Origin: a bacterium
Lineage (GTDB): Bacteria > Hinthialibacterota > Hinthialibacteria > Hinthialibacterales > Hinthialibacteraceae
Direction of reading: 5' to 3'
Assembly: GCA_963662285.2 (NCBI GenBank)
Contig: CAXXMV010000001.1
Span: 864,001 to 928,000 of the forward strand
DNA: 64,000 bases
The translations under genes were made by a program, and so were the position numbers. Positions 40,535 to 51,295 of this stretch are shown here, piece by piece; position 1 is the stretch's first letter, and the number at the start of each line of letters is the position of its first letter. Below the pieces are notes generated by a model, which saw only the letters and a list, made by a program, of their open reading frames with translations, made no database searches and had not been told where the DNA came from.

Positions 40535-41880
40535 ATTCAACCTCAAAAAATCCATCGCCGGGCGCGATAGTTAAAGATTTATGGTATTGGAGCCCGATAA
40601 GTTACGCCGCCTTCGCGCTGGCTCTACCCTATTATGCGCTTCGCATATTAACCGCTGCAAAATACCGCGCCGGTTTACGCCAAAGATTAACCCTGTTTTC
40701 CAATGAAGAGCAACAACAACTCAGCTCCGGCCGTTACATCTGGATGCATACCGTATCAGTCGGTGAACTGATGGCCGCCCGGCCTATAATCGAACGCCTG
40801 AAAATCGAATTTCCAGCTTTCAAAATTCTAGTAACAACCGTAACCGAAACAGGTCAGGACCTGGCGCAAAAATTGGATATTGTTGATACAGCCATTTACC
40901 TGCCGCTCGATATCTTTCCTCTTTGCAGAAAAGTCATGTCTCTGGTTGATCCCGCTTGCCTCATAATCATGGAAACGGAATTATGGCCTAATTTCATACG
41001 TTCAGCCCTAGATGCCAAAGTTCCACTATTTCTGGTTAACGCCCGGCTATCCGATAAATCATTCAAAAACTATCTACATTTCAAGCGCCTCTTTACGCCC
41101 ATACTGGCGCCATTTACCGGAATACTGGCTCAAAGCGAAGAAGACCGACAGCGCTTTCTGCAAATCGGCGCGCCTGAAAAAATCGTTTCCGCTATGGGCA
41201 ACATAAAATTTGAAGCAGCGTCGCAAATCGGCGACAGCGCAACACGTATGCACTGGAGAGAAATATTTCAAATTCAAGAAGATGAATTATTGCTGCTGGG
41301 CGGTTCAACTTTCCCCGGCGAAGAATCCATGCTGGTTCAGGTTGCTACTGATTTACGCAATCAGAATATCCCCCTTCGTCTGGCCATAGCGCCCCGTCAT
41401 GTGGAGCGATCAGCATCTATTCTGGATGAATTAAAAAATTTGGATGTTCCAGTCATACTACGTTCTCAGATCAACGAACATGCAAAAATTGATCCCCGCT
41501 CCGTCATCCTGATGGATACTATTGGAGAACTGGGCAGCGCTTACTCAGCGGCGGATATAGTTTTTATGGGAAAATCAATCTGCGGTCGCGGTGGACAGAA
41601 TCCTATCGAACCGGCGGCATGGGGCAAACCCATTCTGTTTGGCGAAAACATGCAGAATTTCAGAGATATTGCGCCTATGCTGATCAAGGGGGGAGCAGCT
41701 CAATCAGTTGCAGACAGGGCGGCATTGACGAATGCATGTTATGCCTTGTGTCAATCGTCTCAACGCCGTGATCAAATGGGACAAATGGCCAGGGACATTG
41801 TAAAACAGAATCAAGGCGCATTAGACCACATTATCGAAGCGGTCTCACCAATATTACGGGAGACCGGTAAAACCAAATGA
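40531..41880 (+). CDS. waaA: 3-deoxy-D-manno-octulosonic acid (Kdo) transferase
   Basis: IWMHTVSVGE, YLPLD, METELWPN, NARLS, GNIKF, APRH, GGQNPIEPA. Confidence 0.96.
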   Translation: MNSTSKNPSPGAIVKDLWYWSPISYAAFALALPYYALRILTAAKYRAGLRQRLTLFSNEEQQQLSSGRYIWMHTVSVGELMAARPIIERLKIEFPAFKILVTTVTETGQDLAQKLDIVDTAIYLPLDIFPLCRKVMSLVDPACLIIMETELWPNFIRSALDAKVPLFLVNARLSDKSFKNYLHFKRLFTPILAPFTGILAQSEEDRQRFLQIGAPEKIVSAMGNIKFEAASQIGDSATRMHWREIFQIQEDELLLLGGSTFPGEESMLVQVATDLRNQNIPLRLAIAPRHVERSASILDELKNLDVPVILRSQINEHAKIDPRSVILMDTIGELGSAYSAADIVFMGKSICGRGGQNPIEPAAWGKPILFGENMQNFRDIAPMLIKGGAAQSVADRAALTNACYALCQSSQRRDQMGQMARDIVKQNQGALDHIIEAVSPILRETGKTK

Positions 41881-43031
41881 GTTTTTTATCCTCACTGCTT
41901 GCACCCGCATGGATCAAACTGGCCTACCGCAAAGAAGGCCCCCTACGCATCGCCGCGCCTTTGCTGGCGCCTCTATCTTTGTTTTATGGTTTTATCCTTA
42001 TATTGCGAAGACTATTTTATCGAATTGGCCTATTCCATTCAAAATCCCATCCTATCCCCATTATCTCAGTCGGGAACATTACCGTCGGAGGCGTAGGCAA
42101 GACGCCGGTCACGTTATTTCTGGCGCATCATCTATCCCGCATGGGATTCAAACCGGCAATTCTACTACGCGGTTATGGTAGAAAATCAAATAATCCTATC
42201 GTTCTTCATAGGGAAAATTTCATAAAACCTCATGTTCAACAATATGGCGACGAACCTGCGCTGTTAGCCTTTCTTTCCGATTTCCCTATCGGAATTTGCA
42301 GCAACCGAAGCCAGGGCGTTGAAAAACTAGGCGCCGAAACCGACTGCAATATCATCATTCTGGATGATGGATTCCAACATATCCGCTTAAAAAGGAATCT
42401 TGATTTGGTCGTTTTAGATGGAAGCAATCCCTATGGCAATGGTTATTGTCTGCCATACGGACCTCTGCGCGAACCTACCAATGCATTAAATAAAGCAAAC
42501 GCCTTAATAATTAATGGGGAAATGAATCCTGACAATTACAGCGCAATCCAGCGCTTTGATAAAACAATCTATGAAGGCGGCCTGGAATGGATTGGTTTAT
42601 ACCCATTGGAAAGTTGGATGAAACAAGGAGGCGGAATACCATCTTCGATAGAAAGACATCGAGATCAACCGGTAATTATCGCATCGGGGATCGGGTCGCC
42701 GCAAAGACTGAAAAATCAAGCAGAAAGTTATGGATTAATCATCAAGGATTTTATATCTTATCCAGATCATTACTGGTTTAATAAAAACGATTTACGCTTT
42801 TTAGAAATCAAAGCAAGGCAGCATCCCATTCTTATCACCGAAAAAGACGCCATCCGCTTCTTCACTCACCAAGACATTTCGAGAAAATTGCTCGATAATA
42901 CATTTGTCATTCATGCCGCCTGGAAAATGAATCAATCCAGTCGCTTTGAACACTGGTTAGACTCCAAAATAGAACAAATTCTAAAAGATCAACTCGATCC
43001 GCCGGTTGAATCAATCCCCGCAAGTGAGTAG
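41877..43031 (+). CDS. lpxK: Tetraacyldisaccharide 4'-kinase
   Basis: SVGNITVGGVGKTP, RGYG, GDEP, LDDGFQH, GPLRE, PDH, ITEKD. Confidence 0.96.
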   Translation: MSFLSSLLAPAWIKLAYRKEGPLRIAAPLLAPLSLFYGFILILRRLFYRIGLFHSKSHPIPIISVGNITVGGVGKTPVTLFLAHHLSRMGFKPAILLRGYGRKSNNPIVLHRENFIKPHVQQYGDEPALLAFLSDFPIGICSNRSQGVEKLGAETDCNIIILDDGFQHIRLKRNLDLVVLDGSNPYGNGYCLPYGPLREPTNALNKANALIINGEMNPDNYSAIQRFDKTIYEGGLEWIGLYPLESWMKQGGGIPSSIERHRDQPVIIASGIGSPQRLKNQAESYGLIIKDFISYPDHYWFNKNDLRFLEIKARQHPILITEKDAIRFFTHQDISRKLLDNTFVIHAAWKMNQSSRFEHWLDSKIEQILKDQLDPPVESIPASE

Positions 43032-43075
43032 ATTTCTCATTATACTTTTTCGCAAAACAAGGAGCTGTTTAATTT

Positions 43076-44497
43076 ATGCCTGTTTCAAATTGGGACTCAT
43101 TATATAAAACCGCATACCAAAATGGCATCAAACGCATCAATGAAATTCCAGGAGTATGCTGCGCTTTCCATTCCGTAATTGATGGCTTAATCCACATCAC
43201 GCCCGATTTAATCAAACCGCAATTACTTAAGAATCCATCATTAAAACAAGCCGCGCTAGATGGCTGCAAGGGCGCATCACCGCAGGAAATCCATTCACGC
43301 GAAGATTTAATTCAGGGACTTTTCTTCTCGCTATCACGTGGAACAGCAACTCAAATAGTGATCCGCAACCGGGAAGTCCATCAATGGGTGCTGGAAACAT
43401 TCGGTCCGGGAGAATACCGCCTCGGCGGCACCACAGGTAATATGGCGCGTTCACTGGCGCCCCTGGGTCTGCCCGTAACCGTTTACGCCAACCCGCTAAC
43501 CATTGAGTTAGCCGATTTGTTCGGAGATTATTCAAACCTTAACGTCATTGTCAAACCAAACGGCGCTGTCAAACGGATCACCCCGCACAAAGCAGCTGTG
43601 GAAAAAGGCATCTTCGCTGTTCACTGGATACTGGAATATGGCGCCGATTTCCTGATGTATATTGATGGAATCAAGGTGCAGCCGCACCGCGCTAACCGCT
43701 ATATACCGTCATGGAATCCCGTCAATAACCAATTCCAGATGTGTGACGATTTCGCGGATGGATTCCTATCGCTGAGCGATACGTACAGTCACCTGCTATT
43801 TTCAGGCTTCCACATCCTTTCTGAAAAATACCCGGATGGAAGCGATTGTATAGATACCATAAAACCTCTAGGCGAGTATTTGATTAAGCTTAATCAAAAA
43901 TCACCCCGGTTGAAGATTCATCTCGAAATGGCCTCTATCTCATCATCTCTGATCCGAAAAGCGATTGTAGAATATATTCTGCCTCATGTTCACAGCATCG
44001 GATTAAACGAAACCGAACTGCCTCTGATCCTGGAACCGATTAATCCGGTTATCAATACCGAAACTGTGGAAAATCATTCCGCTTATAATTTTTGCCGGGA
44101 TATGGCGACATTATTAAAAAATACATCTCTGGAACGGGTTCATTTCCATAACCTGGGATATTACCTGTGCCTTGAACGAAACACATGGACATCAAAAGAA
44201 GCGTCACGCGACGCCCTGCTGTTCGCAGCGACTATGGCGGCGGCGCGGGCGCAAAATGGATTGTTCACCTGTCTGGATGATATTGAGACCGGTTTAACGC
44301 CAGAATTGGAACAATCTGGACTAGCAGAGTTAAAATGCTTAGCTGAACGCTTGCGCCAACCAGAACTTATTAAGACCGGCATCGGGATGTTTGAAGATTG
44401 GAATTTATACTTTACGCCCACCCGGCTGGTAAAAAAGCCTCTATTCACCGTCGGATTGGGCGATACTATATCCTCAGGCGCTTTTTTAACGACATAG
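43076..44497 (+). CDS. ADP-dependent glucokinase/phosphofructokinase family kinase
   Basis: RLGG..GNMA, RANRYI, LFSGFH, IHLEMAS, SIGLNETEL, RVHFH, PTRLV.KP..TVGLGDTISSGAF. Confidence 0.88.
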   Translation: MPVSNWDSLYKTAYQNGIKRINEIPGVCCAFHSVIDGLIHITPDLIKPQLLKNPSLKQAALDGCKGASPQEIHSREDLIQGLFFSLSRGTATQIVIRNREVHQWVLETFGPGEYRLGGTTGNMARSLAPLGLPVTVYANPLTIELADLFGDYSNLNVIVKPNGAVKRITPHKAAVEKGIFAVHWILEYGADFLMYIDGIKVQPHRANRYIPSWNPVNNQFQMCDDFADGFLSLSDTYSHLLFSGFHILSEKYPDGSDCIDTIKPLGEYLIKLNQKSPRLKIHLEMASISSSLIRKAIVEYILPHVHSIGLNETELPLILEPINPVINTETVENHSAYNFCRDMATLLKNTSLERVHFHNLGYYLCLERNTWTSKEASRDALLFAATMAAARAQNGLFTCLDDIETGLTPELEQSGLAELKCLAERLRQPELIKTGIGMFEDWNLYFTPTRLVKKPLFTVGLGDTISSGAFLTT

Positions 44498-44533
44498 ATT
44501 AATTCTGAGAATCGCTACTAAGAAAGAAAATCC

Positions 44534-44893
44534 ATGAAAATCCCCCGATGCGCGCCATCCTGGTTAATGAGCATTGCGCATGACCTGGTCAAAGCCGGTT
44601 CAGAAAATCCCGGCTCAACTAATCTTTCATGGATTCCCAACTGGAATATTGCGCTGCATTGGATTCAACAGCCCACCTATGGCGCACTTTGTTATCATGG
44701 CGATACAGTGGTGGATGATGTAATGCAGAAGCAAATGCTGGATGCATTGTCACGTTCCAGCCAGAAAAAACTGGTCACCATAGTAAATCAAACCCCGACC
44801 TCCGCCATCTGCTTCTTCGGCGGCGCCCCAGCCGATATCCATTTAGACACCTTCGATCTGGAGAAAATGAACATCAACCGCCCGCCTAATTAA
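44534..44893 (+). CDS. Hypothetical protein
   Basis: 119-aa ORF with ATG, co-oriented 36 bp after the kinase; no motif recognised. Confidence 0.55.
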   Translation: MKIPRCAPSWLMSIAHDLVKAGSENPGSTNLSWIPNWNIALHWIQQPTYGALCYHGDTVVDDVMQKQMLDALSRSSQKKLVTIVNQTPTSAICFFGGAPADIHLDTFDLEKMNINRPPN

Positions 44894-45154
44894 GCGCAGT
44901 TTTCCGCAAAACATATTCATTCGGTTTAATATACAACATAATGTTTCCCTCCTATATTTCTAATATGCATAACTTGCTGTAATTCCGGTATTATCATATA
45001 TTTATATATCCTTCTATGATATTAACATGATAATTACGTATTAATTAGCAGAAATAATATTTTTATTTAATATACAATATTTGCTTGACAATGTATATTT
45101 ACTGTGATTAGTATTAAATCATGAAGCATTCATAACACATCTCAGGAGGACAGC

Positions 45155-46864
45155 ATGAACAGAATTGCAGCAATGGTCATGTCCGGTTTTTTGGCGCTTT
45201 TTTGCCTTCCAACCGGGTTCGCACAGGATTAGCAGCCGGTTCCGGTTTCGGAGTATGCCAAGAAATCCGGGCCAAACACTCTTACCTTCCTCAGTTACCC
45301 CAAGTATTACAAAGACGCTGAGCAGAAACTTACATTGGTAAAAACCAATCTGGTTGAGTCCGGCGATCCCCAGTGGGATTACGAGGTCACCACGGGCATC
45401 TGGACTTTGCGGGTGCGCACTGATGGAACCTTCCAGGCCGAACATCAGGGCGACATCTTCAGTTACCAGTTGTCCGGCGTTGGAGTCGGTCGCGGGGAAG
45501 CCTTCAAGGCCTTCGATTGGGGAACGCCCGTCTGGAAGAACTACCAGATCATGGGGGATACGATCCGCTGGTCGGATGTTTTTCCTGACGTCGATCTCTC
45601 GGTGCGATATATTCACGATATCCTAAAAGTTGACGTAATCGTGAAGGCGGCGTTGATGAATCAGATTCGGGACGAAGTGCAAAAAGGCAACCTCAATGCA
45701 GAGGATTACCTGACTGCGCGTTTCGATATCCCCGGAGTCGCGGAAATGTCAGCCAACCTCGGCGACCTGGCTAAAGCGCCGGAAGGCGATGTTGTGATTG
45801 ATCCATCTGAAGATTTTAATAATTCAGATCTTGATACATTGTTAGTCGATGGAAGTGGACCGTATGGTTCTAGTGGAATTGTTGATTGGGGTGGTGATGA
45901 CCGCCTTCTTTTTGGCTTTGATGTTAGTGTTTTTCCATCTTATAGTGAAATCGATTCTTCATCTCTTCGATTCAAAATATATCAGAACCGTACGGCGGCT
46001 GATGCGGCATTTACTGCTTATAAAGTTACAACCTCTTGGGATGAATCTACTGCTGATTGGGATACTCCGTGGAGTACGGACGGAGGTGACTATGATAGTA
46101 GTGTTAGTACAGGGAATATAGTTATTCTTTACGATTACGAAGGTAGGTTTGAAAATCTAGATGTATCAAACATCTTGAACTCACATCTTAGCAATTCAGA
46201 AGATGATGTTAAAACAAAAGGAGTCTTGTTGAAACGCAATGCTTCTTACGACACAAGCAATATTCGTATTTATACAAACAATGCGACATATTCTGATGAT
46301 CGCCCGATATGAACAGTGGATTATACTACTGTTCATAAACTAACATTCTACAAGCATCAAAATACGAGTTTCAACATAAGCACTGCAGATTCTTGGATTT
46401 CTTCTGGAAATTTTGCAATTCAGACAGATGATAGTGGAGTGCCTATTGGAGATGATTACGTAGCCAAGGCTGAAATGCAAAGAGAAGGCAGTCTTTCAAT
46501 GCCAGGAGATATTGCGGATAATTTTACAGCTGTATTGGATGTTTCTGATAAAACTGATATTTTTGAGTTACTTTCAAATGATGCTACTGGAGAACATAAA
46601 GTCTACATTGTTAGTGAAATAAATATTGATGGTTCTGTGTATTTTGGATATGCTCAAGTTTTTGGACGATGTATGATTCATGATGATGTTGCTAATTCTA
46701 AAACCTTGATACATGAACTTGGGCATAATGTAGGTTTAAGACATACGCTGGAAACTTCGGATTATTGGTATTTTATTATGCATCCAGGTGGCGGCGGCGA
46801 TTATAAGCGTTTTTTAAGGGCTGAAGATGTGACAAGGTTTGAGAAAAAACAGTGTTGCGATTAA
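45155..46864 (+). pseudogene. Secreted DNRLRE-like domain plus metzincin-type Zn protease, two in-frame stops
   Basis: GGAGG RBS, ATG 45155, signal peptide; TAG at 45230-45232 and TGA at 46310-46312 in one continuous frame; HELGHNVGLRH followed by FIMHP Met-turn. Confidence 0.78.
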
Positions 46865-46880
46865 ACAAGGAGAAAATACA

Positions 46881-47609
46881 ATGAAAATCAATACTAAATC
46901 AGTTAATATGTTACTACTCATAATCGTCTTTTTTACTCCATTATCTTATGGTGAGATTCTGGATGATGGTGATATACATGATACATTTACTGATCAGGAT
47001 CACACAGTCTTAAACAATTACCATGAGAATGATTTAGAAAAGAAGATTGAAGATATATCAATAAAAGATTACATTATTGATAAAATACAAAATGGTAAAG
47101 ATGCAATCGAAATCAGAAATGGATATAGTTTGATATATGCATTGACAGAACAGCATCAATTATACTTCGAACCTATCCTCATAGAACATATCACGAAGCA
47201 AATAAACAGCGAAACCCTTTCTTATAAATATGAAATAATCGAGGGTAATGTTGTTTTATTAAGTGCGTTATACACAATAGGAATTATCAGAACAGAGAAA
47301 TCCATTGATTTTTTACTTCAATTAATAGAACCAGTCGATCTATGGCGAGACTCTTTGAAGAAAGCGATTCAAAAGAATAATGATAGGGATATTTTGATCG
47401 AAGAAATTCGCATTCGGTCAATGGGGTCTTTACTACAGCCGCAAGATGAAATAGGTAAGGAATTATTGGGCGTTATCGAAAAGAAGATCGGAAATTTCAC
47501 AAGTGATGATCCTCTTAAATCAAGAATGGAAAAGAAGATTAATACATGGGAGAAGATATATGCTAAGATAGATTCAAGTGGAAATGGCCTCTTTGAAAAT
47601 ATCAAGTGA
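46881..47609 (+). CDS. Exported helical hypothetical protein, partner of the protease gene
   Basis: AAGGAG RBS, signal peptide, HEAT-like segment ALYTIGIIRTEKSIDFLLQL; low GC. Confidence 0.7.
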   Translation: MKINTKSVNMLLLIIVFFTPLSYGEILDDGDIHDTFTDQDHTVLNNYHENDLEKKIEDISIKDYIIDKIQNGKDAIEIRNGYSLIYALTEQHQLYFEPILIEHITKQINSETLSYKYEIIEGNVVLLSALYTIGIIRTEKSIDFLLQLIEPVDLWRDSLKKAIQKNNDRDILIEEIRIRSMGSLLQPQDEIGKELLGVIEKKIGNFTSDDPLKSRMEKKINTWEKIYAKIDSSGNGLFENIK

Positions 47610-47682
47610 CCTCTTTCTTCATGTATTGAACTTTGACCGATTGAAATAAAAAATCGCGGGTGACGCCGTCCGCGTGCAACAG

Positions 47683-47729
47683 AATAACCATCCCCGGAGC
47701 GTGAAACGCCCAATCCCGCCTCCGGGGAT
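47683..47729 (+). repeat. 47-bp hairpin repeat, copy 1
   Basis: AATAACCATCCCCGGAGCGTGAAACGCCCAATCCCGCCTCCGGGGAT; 44/47 identical to 52249-52295. Confidence 0.85.
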
Positions 47730-47858
47730 GAATTCTTCCTTTTTTGATTGGGTGTCGAGCGCCTAGGACAAGACGAAGTATATATTAGTTCGCAAGTGAC
47801 CGCATTGAGGTCTTGCCCTTGGCGCCCGGTTGATTTATCGAAAATAATCAATTGATCC

Positions 47859-47887
47859 GGTGGGTCAAAAAACGCGACCCACCCTAC
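47859..47887 (-). repeat. GTAG-type REP element
   Basis: Minus strand GTAG-GGTGGGTC-gcgtttttt-GACCCACC. Confidence 0.75.
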
Positions 47888-48051
47888 GGGACTACGAAAT
47901 CGACCTGTGGTTTTTTTCGATTGTTTACGTCCTGTTTGCAATTTTGGTATTGTCTCTTTTCTATTGGTTTCCAATCGAGCGCTCACACACATCCAATCGA
48001 TGTGTGGATGATGCTGGTCGATAATTCCATTTTATCCAAATTCATTCACGA

Positions 48052-48468
48052 TCAATTTAAACAAGATAGAAAACATAACACCATAACAGGGGGTGAGACG
48101 ATCAGGAAGCCGGTTTTAAAACCAAGGTAACATTCGTTTTCGTGATCGGTGTATTTCCCCAAAGAGTAACTGAAAAAAAACATGAAAGCAAGTATGTTAA
48201 TCACAACATATATTGTTCTAAATCGGTAGAAAACAAAAGCGGTGATGCAGGCAAATAGAATGTAGATAACCGATGCTCGATTGAATATTCGTATCAATAA
48301 ATACGGTTGCAGCCTTTTCTTCAGCAAACCCATTTTTATCAGTATACGTTCAACAATCAATAAATATAAAGTCGGGATGAACACAAACAACAACCAAAGA
48401 ATAATAATTGAACTGGCAATCGTTGCGGCATACTGCAGCAATGATTCAACACGATTTATTCCGAACAT
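48052..48468 (-). CDS. Small membrane hypothetical protein
   Basis: Several TM segments; GAAGGA RBS before ATG 48468; overlaps upstream gene end. Confidence 0.6.
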   Translation of the reverse strand: MFGINRVESLLQYAATIASSIIILWLLFVFIPTLYLLIVERILIKMGLLKKRLQPYLLIRIFNRASVIYILFACITAFVFYRFRTIYVVINILAFMFFFSYSLGKYTDHENECYLGFKTGFLIVSPPVMVLCFLSCLN

Positions 48469-49142
48469 GATCCTTCCTTCGAATAAGGCGCAATTTTTTT
48501 TATCCGTTCCTGAATAAACAGACTCGCGTTGGTTAGATTCGCTTCCTTTTCTTTTGAATACCAGTAACAAAGCAGGTTGCGAGATTCTCCCGTTTCGCTC
48601 GAATACGTAATTTGCAGGGATTCGTCATTTCGCTGGCAGGATTCGATTTCACGCCACGAGATAAATCGAGTTGTTTTGCAATAATAGTAGAAAATGCCGT
48701 TCTCGCGTATCTCCACTTCAAAGACGAAAAAGGCCACATAGAAGTAGAGGCACAGAAAGAATCCAAAAATCGGCAGCGACGTAAGAACAAAAATAAAAAT
48801 CCATAAGAAAATTTCCAACTGATTTAACGTTTGTTTCTGATGAGGTTCGAGGGGCGAGAAACGATAATATATTTTTCCCCCAATTCTGACGGCGTATTCA
48901 CTGCTTACAAGAGGATATCCAACAACGAAAAATGCGGCTAGAAGATATTCGGAGTATTTTTCCCAGAGAGACGCTTCCTGCCAAGGGAGGGAAACCATGC
49001 AAAAATAGACGGCGATCCAGCACAGAGGATACACAAGAAGATAAACCATCCGAGGACCGGTTTTCAGGTACAATGCCCGAAGAAGGAAAAAGGCAATGAC
49101 CGATAAAATAAGGATGTATACGAATAGAAGGTTCTCATTCAT
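48456..49142 (-). CDS. Membrane protein with C-terminal PH-like (DUF5673-like) domain
   Basis: Multiple TMs then EIRENGIFYY...RFISWREIES...LQITY. Confidence 0.6.
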   Translation of the reverse strand: MNENLLFVYILILSVIAFFLLRALYLKTGPRMVYLLVYPLCWIAVYFCMVSLPWQEASLWEKYSEYLLAAFFVVGYPLVSSEYAVRIGGKIYYRFSPLEPHQKQTLNQLEIFLWIFIFVLTSLPIFGFFLCLYFYVAFFVFEVEIRENGIFYYYCKTTRFISWREIESCQRNDESLQITYSSETGESRNLLCYWYSKEKEANLTNASLFIQERIKKIAPYSKEGSCSE

Positions 49143-49332
49143 TTCGGATTCAAATCTATCCCGATCAGGATTGAGTTGTCTTCCTTGAACGATAATTCGC
49201 TTCGATTTCCTGAATGGATTTTAATGTTACTAACATACGATATTCGATTTCGACCTTAGTTCCATCTTGTAGACGAACAAGTAATTTTCCATTGAATTTA
49301 TCGTTAGTTACATCAGTGATTTCATTATAAAA

Positions 49333-51295
49333 CCTGAGTTTTCCAATTTCAAGTAATTAATTTCCCCAACCATGCTAATTCACTGGATTTATCATGCTCA
49401 TATGTGTAGAGTTACATAAAAAACTATTGACAAGCCATTATAGTAGGTATATTATACTGTACGTAATGTTACATTCCACGAGTGAGGGGACATTATGGCC
49501 GGTAAAATCTATGCTAAACAAATTCATGGGAACACCTACTATTACTATCAAACCACTTGGCGTGAGAAAATTGATCCCAATAATCAGGGTAAAACTTCAG
49601 GTTCCGGCAAAAGCCGGGTTCGCACCCGCTCGGAATATCTCGGCACTGCTGATTCCATCTACCAACAATTGAAAGAACGAAACGCTCCTCTGGAAGTGCG
49701 CCATCGGGAATTCGGATTCATAGCGGCGATTTACCAAACCGCGGTTGAGATCGGGCTGGTTTCTCTTTTGAAAAAACATATTCCCGGACAGCGTTATGGC
49801 GTTCCGCGCTGGCTTTATTTTCTGCTCCCCATCATCAACCGTTTGCAATACGCCACCAGCAAACAAAAAATGGGGGATTGGGCGGCGGCGACTATCTTGC
49901 CCGACTTGCTTGATTTCGATCCCAAAAAATTCAACAGCAAAACCTTCTGGTATGTCACCGACGATGTCATCAGCGAAAAGGAATTGCAGGAACGACGCAA
50001 GAATCAACCCGAACTGGCGGATGAACTTTTCGTCGGTTTGGACGATTCAATTTTTTGCGCTATCGAAGAGAATTTGATCAACAATCTGCAACAGCAATGC
50101 GACCTCTCGGAAAACGTTTTCTTCTATGACGCCACAAACTTTTTTACTTACATCGAAGAGCCGCTTCGTGCGCTGTTGGCGCAAAGTGGTCACAACAAAG
50201 ATTCGCACCACCATCTCAAACAAGTGGGGCTGGCGATGTGCGTTGATAAAGAATGGGGCATCCCTCTTTTTCATACTCTTTACCGCGGCAATGCCCATGA
50301 CAGCAAAACCTTCGGCGGTTTGATTGATGACCTCATCGCCCGTCTACAGGCTAGTTTCCGTGACGTAGATAATCTGGTGCTGGTGTTGGATAAAGGCAAC
50401 AATAGTCAGGAAAATTTTGCTTCCCTGCAAGGCAAACTGCAATGGGTGGGCAGCCTGGTTCCCTCGCACTATGCGGATTTGATTGATCTACCGTTGGAGC
50501 AATACGAAGGAACAACTCAGGCTCACCGCTTTCACCGATGTAAGCGAAATGTGTTCGGCGTCGATTGCGCACTGGTACTTACATACAGTTCCAAGTTGGC
50601 CAGAAAACAAGAACACACTCTGCAAAATGGAATCAACAAACTCAAGCGGGATATTCTCGATGCATGGAATTCATATAAACGCCGCCCGAAAACTGTTCCC
50701 AAGAAAATTCTCCGCATGATCGAGGAGCGTCGGTTTGGTAAGTATATTACTGTGACCTACGAAAAAGATCAGTTGATCTTTGCCGAAACCGAAGCAATCG
50801 ACGCAAAGCGAAAACGGCATGGAAAAAATTTGCTATTCTGTTCGGACGATAAAGCGGAAAGCGGTTGGATCATAACCCAGTACCTGAGCAAGGAAAAAGT
50901 TGAAAACGATTTCAAAATTCTAAAAGACCCGGAATTGATTCGATGGCGTCCAGGGCGTCATTGGACCGACACCAAAATCCGGGCGTTTGGATTCTGCTGC
51001 GTGATGGCTTTGGTTCTGATTCAAGTCATGCTTCAGAAAGTCGACCGCGCCGGACTGCGAATGAGTGCGGCGGTGTTGAAAGAAGAACTAACCGATCTTA
51101 AAGAGATTCTGATGATTTATGATGACAAAAACGCCGACATGAAAGTGTCGCGCCGCAGTTCAATTCAACAACGGCTTTGGAATCTGTTCGATCTTGGTTC
51201 CATAGAAAGGCATTTACCATACACTAATTAACTCTATATCCTCTTGTTTCTTAATATGTTATAATGAGGAGAATAGGCATTTTGGGAAACTCAGG
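49333..51295 (+). mobile_element. IS1634-family insertion sequence (1963 bp)
   Basis: TIRs CCTGAGTTTTCCAA / CCTGAGTTTCCCAA (13/14); 5-bp target duplication TAAAA (49328-49332 and 51296-51300). Confidence 0.92.
49495..51231 (+). CDS. IS1634-family transposase
   Basis: KQIHGNTYYY N-terminus; FYDATN, GHNKD...LKQV, VLDKG, VENDFKILK, HWTDTKIRA. Confidence 0.92.
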   Translation: MAGKIYAKQIHGNTYYYYQTTWREKIDPNNQGKTSGSGKSRVRTRSEYLGTADSIYQQLKERNAPLEVRHREFGFIAAIYQTAVEIGLVSLLKKHIPGQRYGVPRWLYFLLPIINRLQYATSKQKMGDWAAATILPDLLDFDPKKFNSKTFWYVTDDVISEKELQERRKNQPELADELFVGLDDSIFCAIEENLINNLQQQCDLSENVFFYDATNFFTYIEEPLRALLAQSGHNKDSHHHLKQVGLAMCVDKEWGIPLFHTLYRGNAHDSKTFGGLIDDLIARLQASFRDVDNLVLVLDKGNNSQENFASLQGKLQWVGSLVPSHYADLIDLPLEQYEGTTQAHRFHRCKRNVFGVDCALVLTYSSKLARKQEHTLQNGINKLKRDILDAWNSYKRRPKTVPKKILRMIEERRFGKYITVTYEKDQLIFAETEAIDAKRKRHGKNLLFCSDDKAESGWIITQYLSKEKVENDFKILKDPELIRWRPGRHWTDTKIRAFGFCCVMALVLIQVMLQKVDRAGLRMSAAVLKEELTDLKEILMIYDDKNADMKVSRRSSIQQRLWNLFDLGSIERHLPYTN

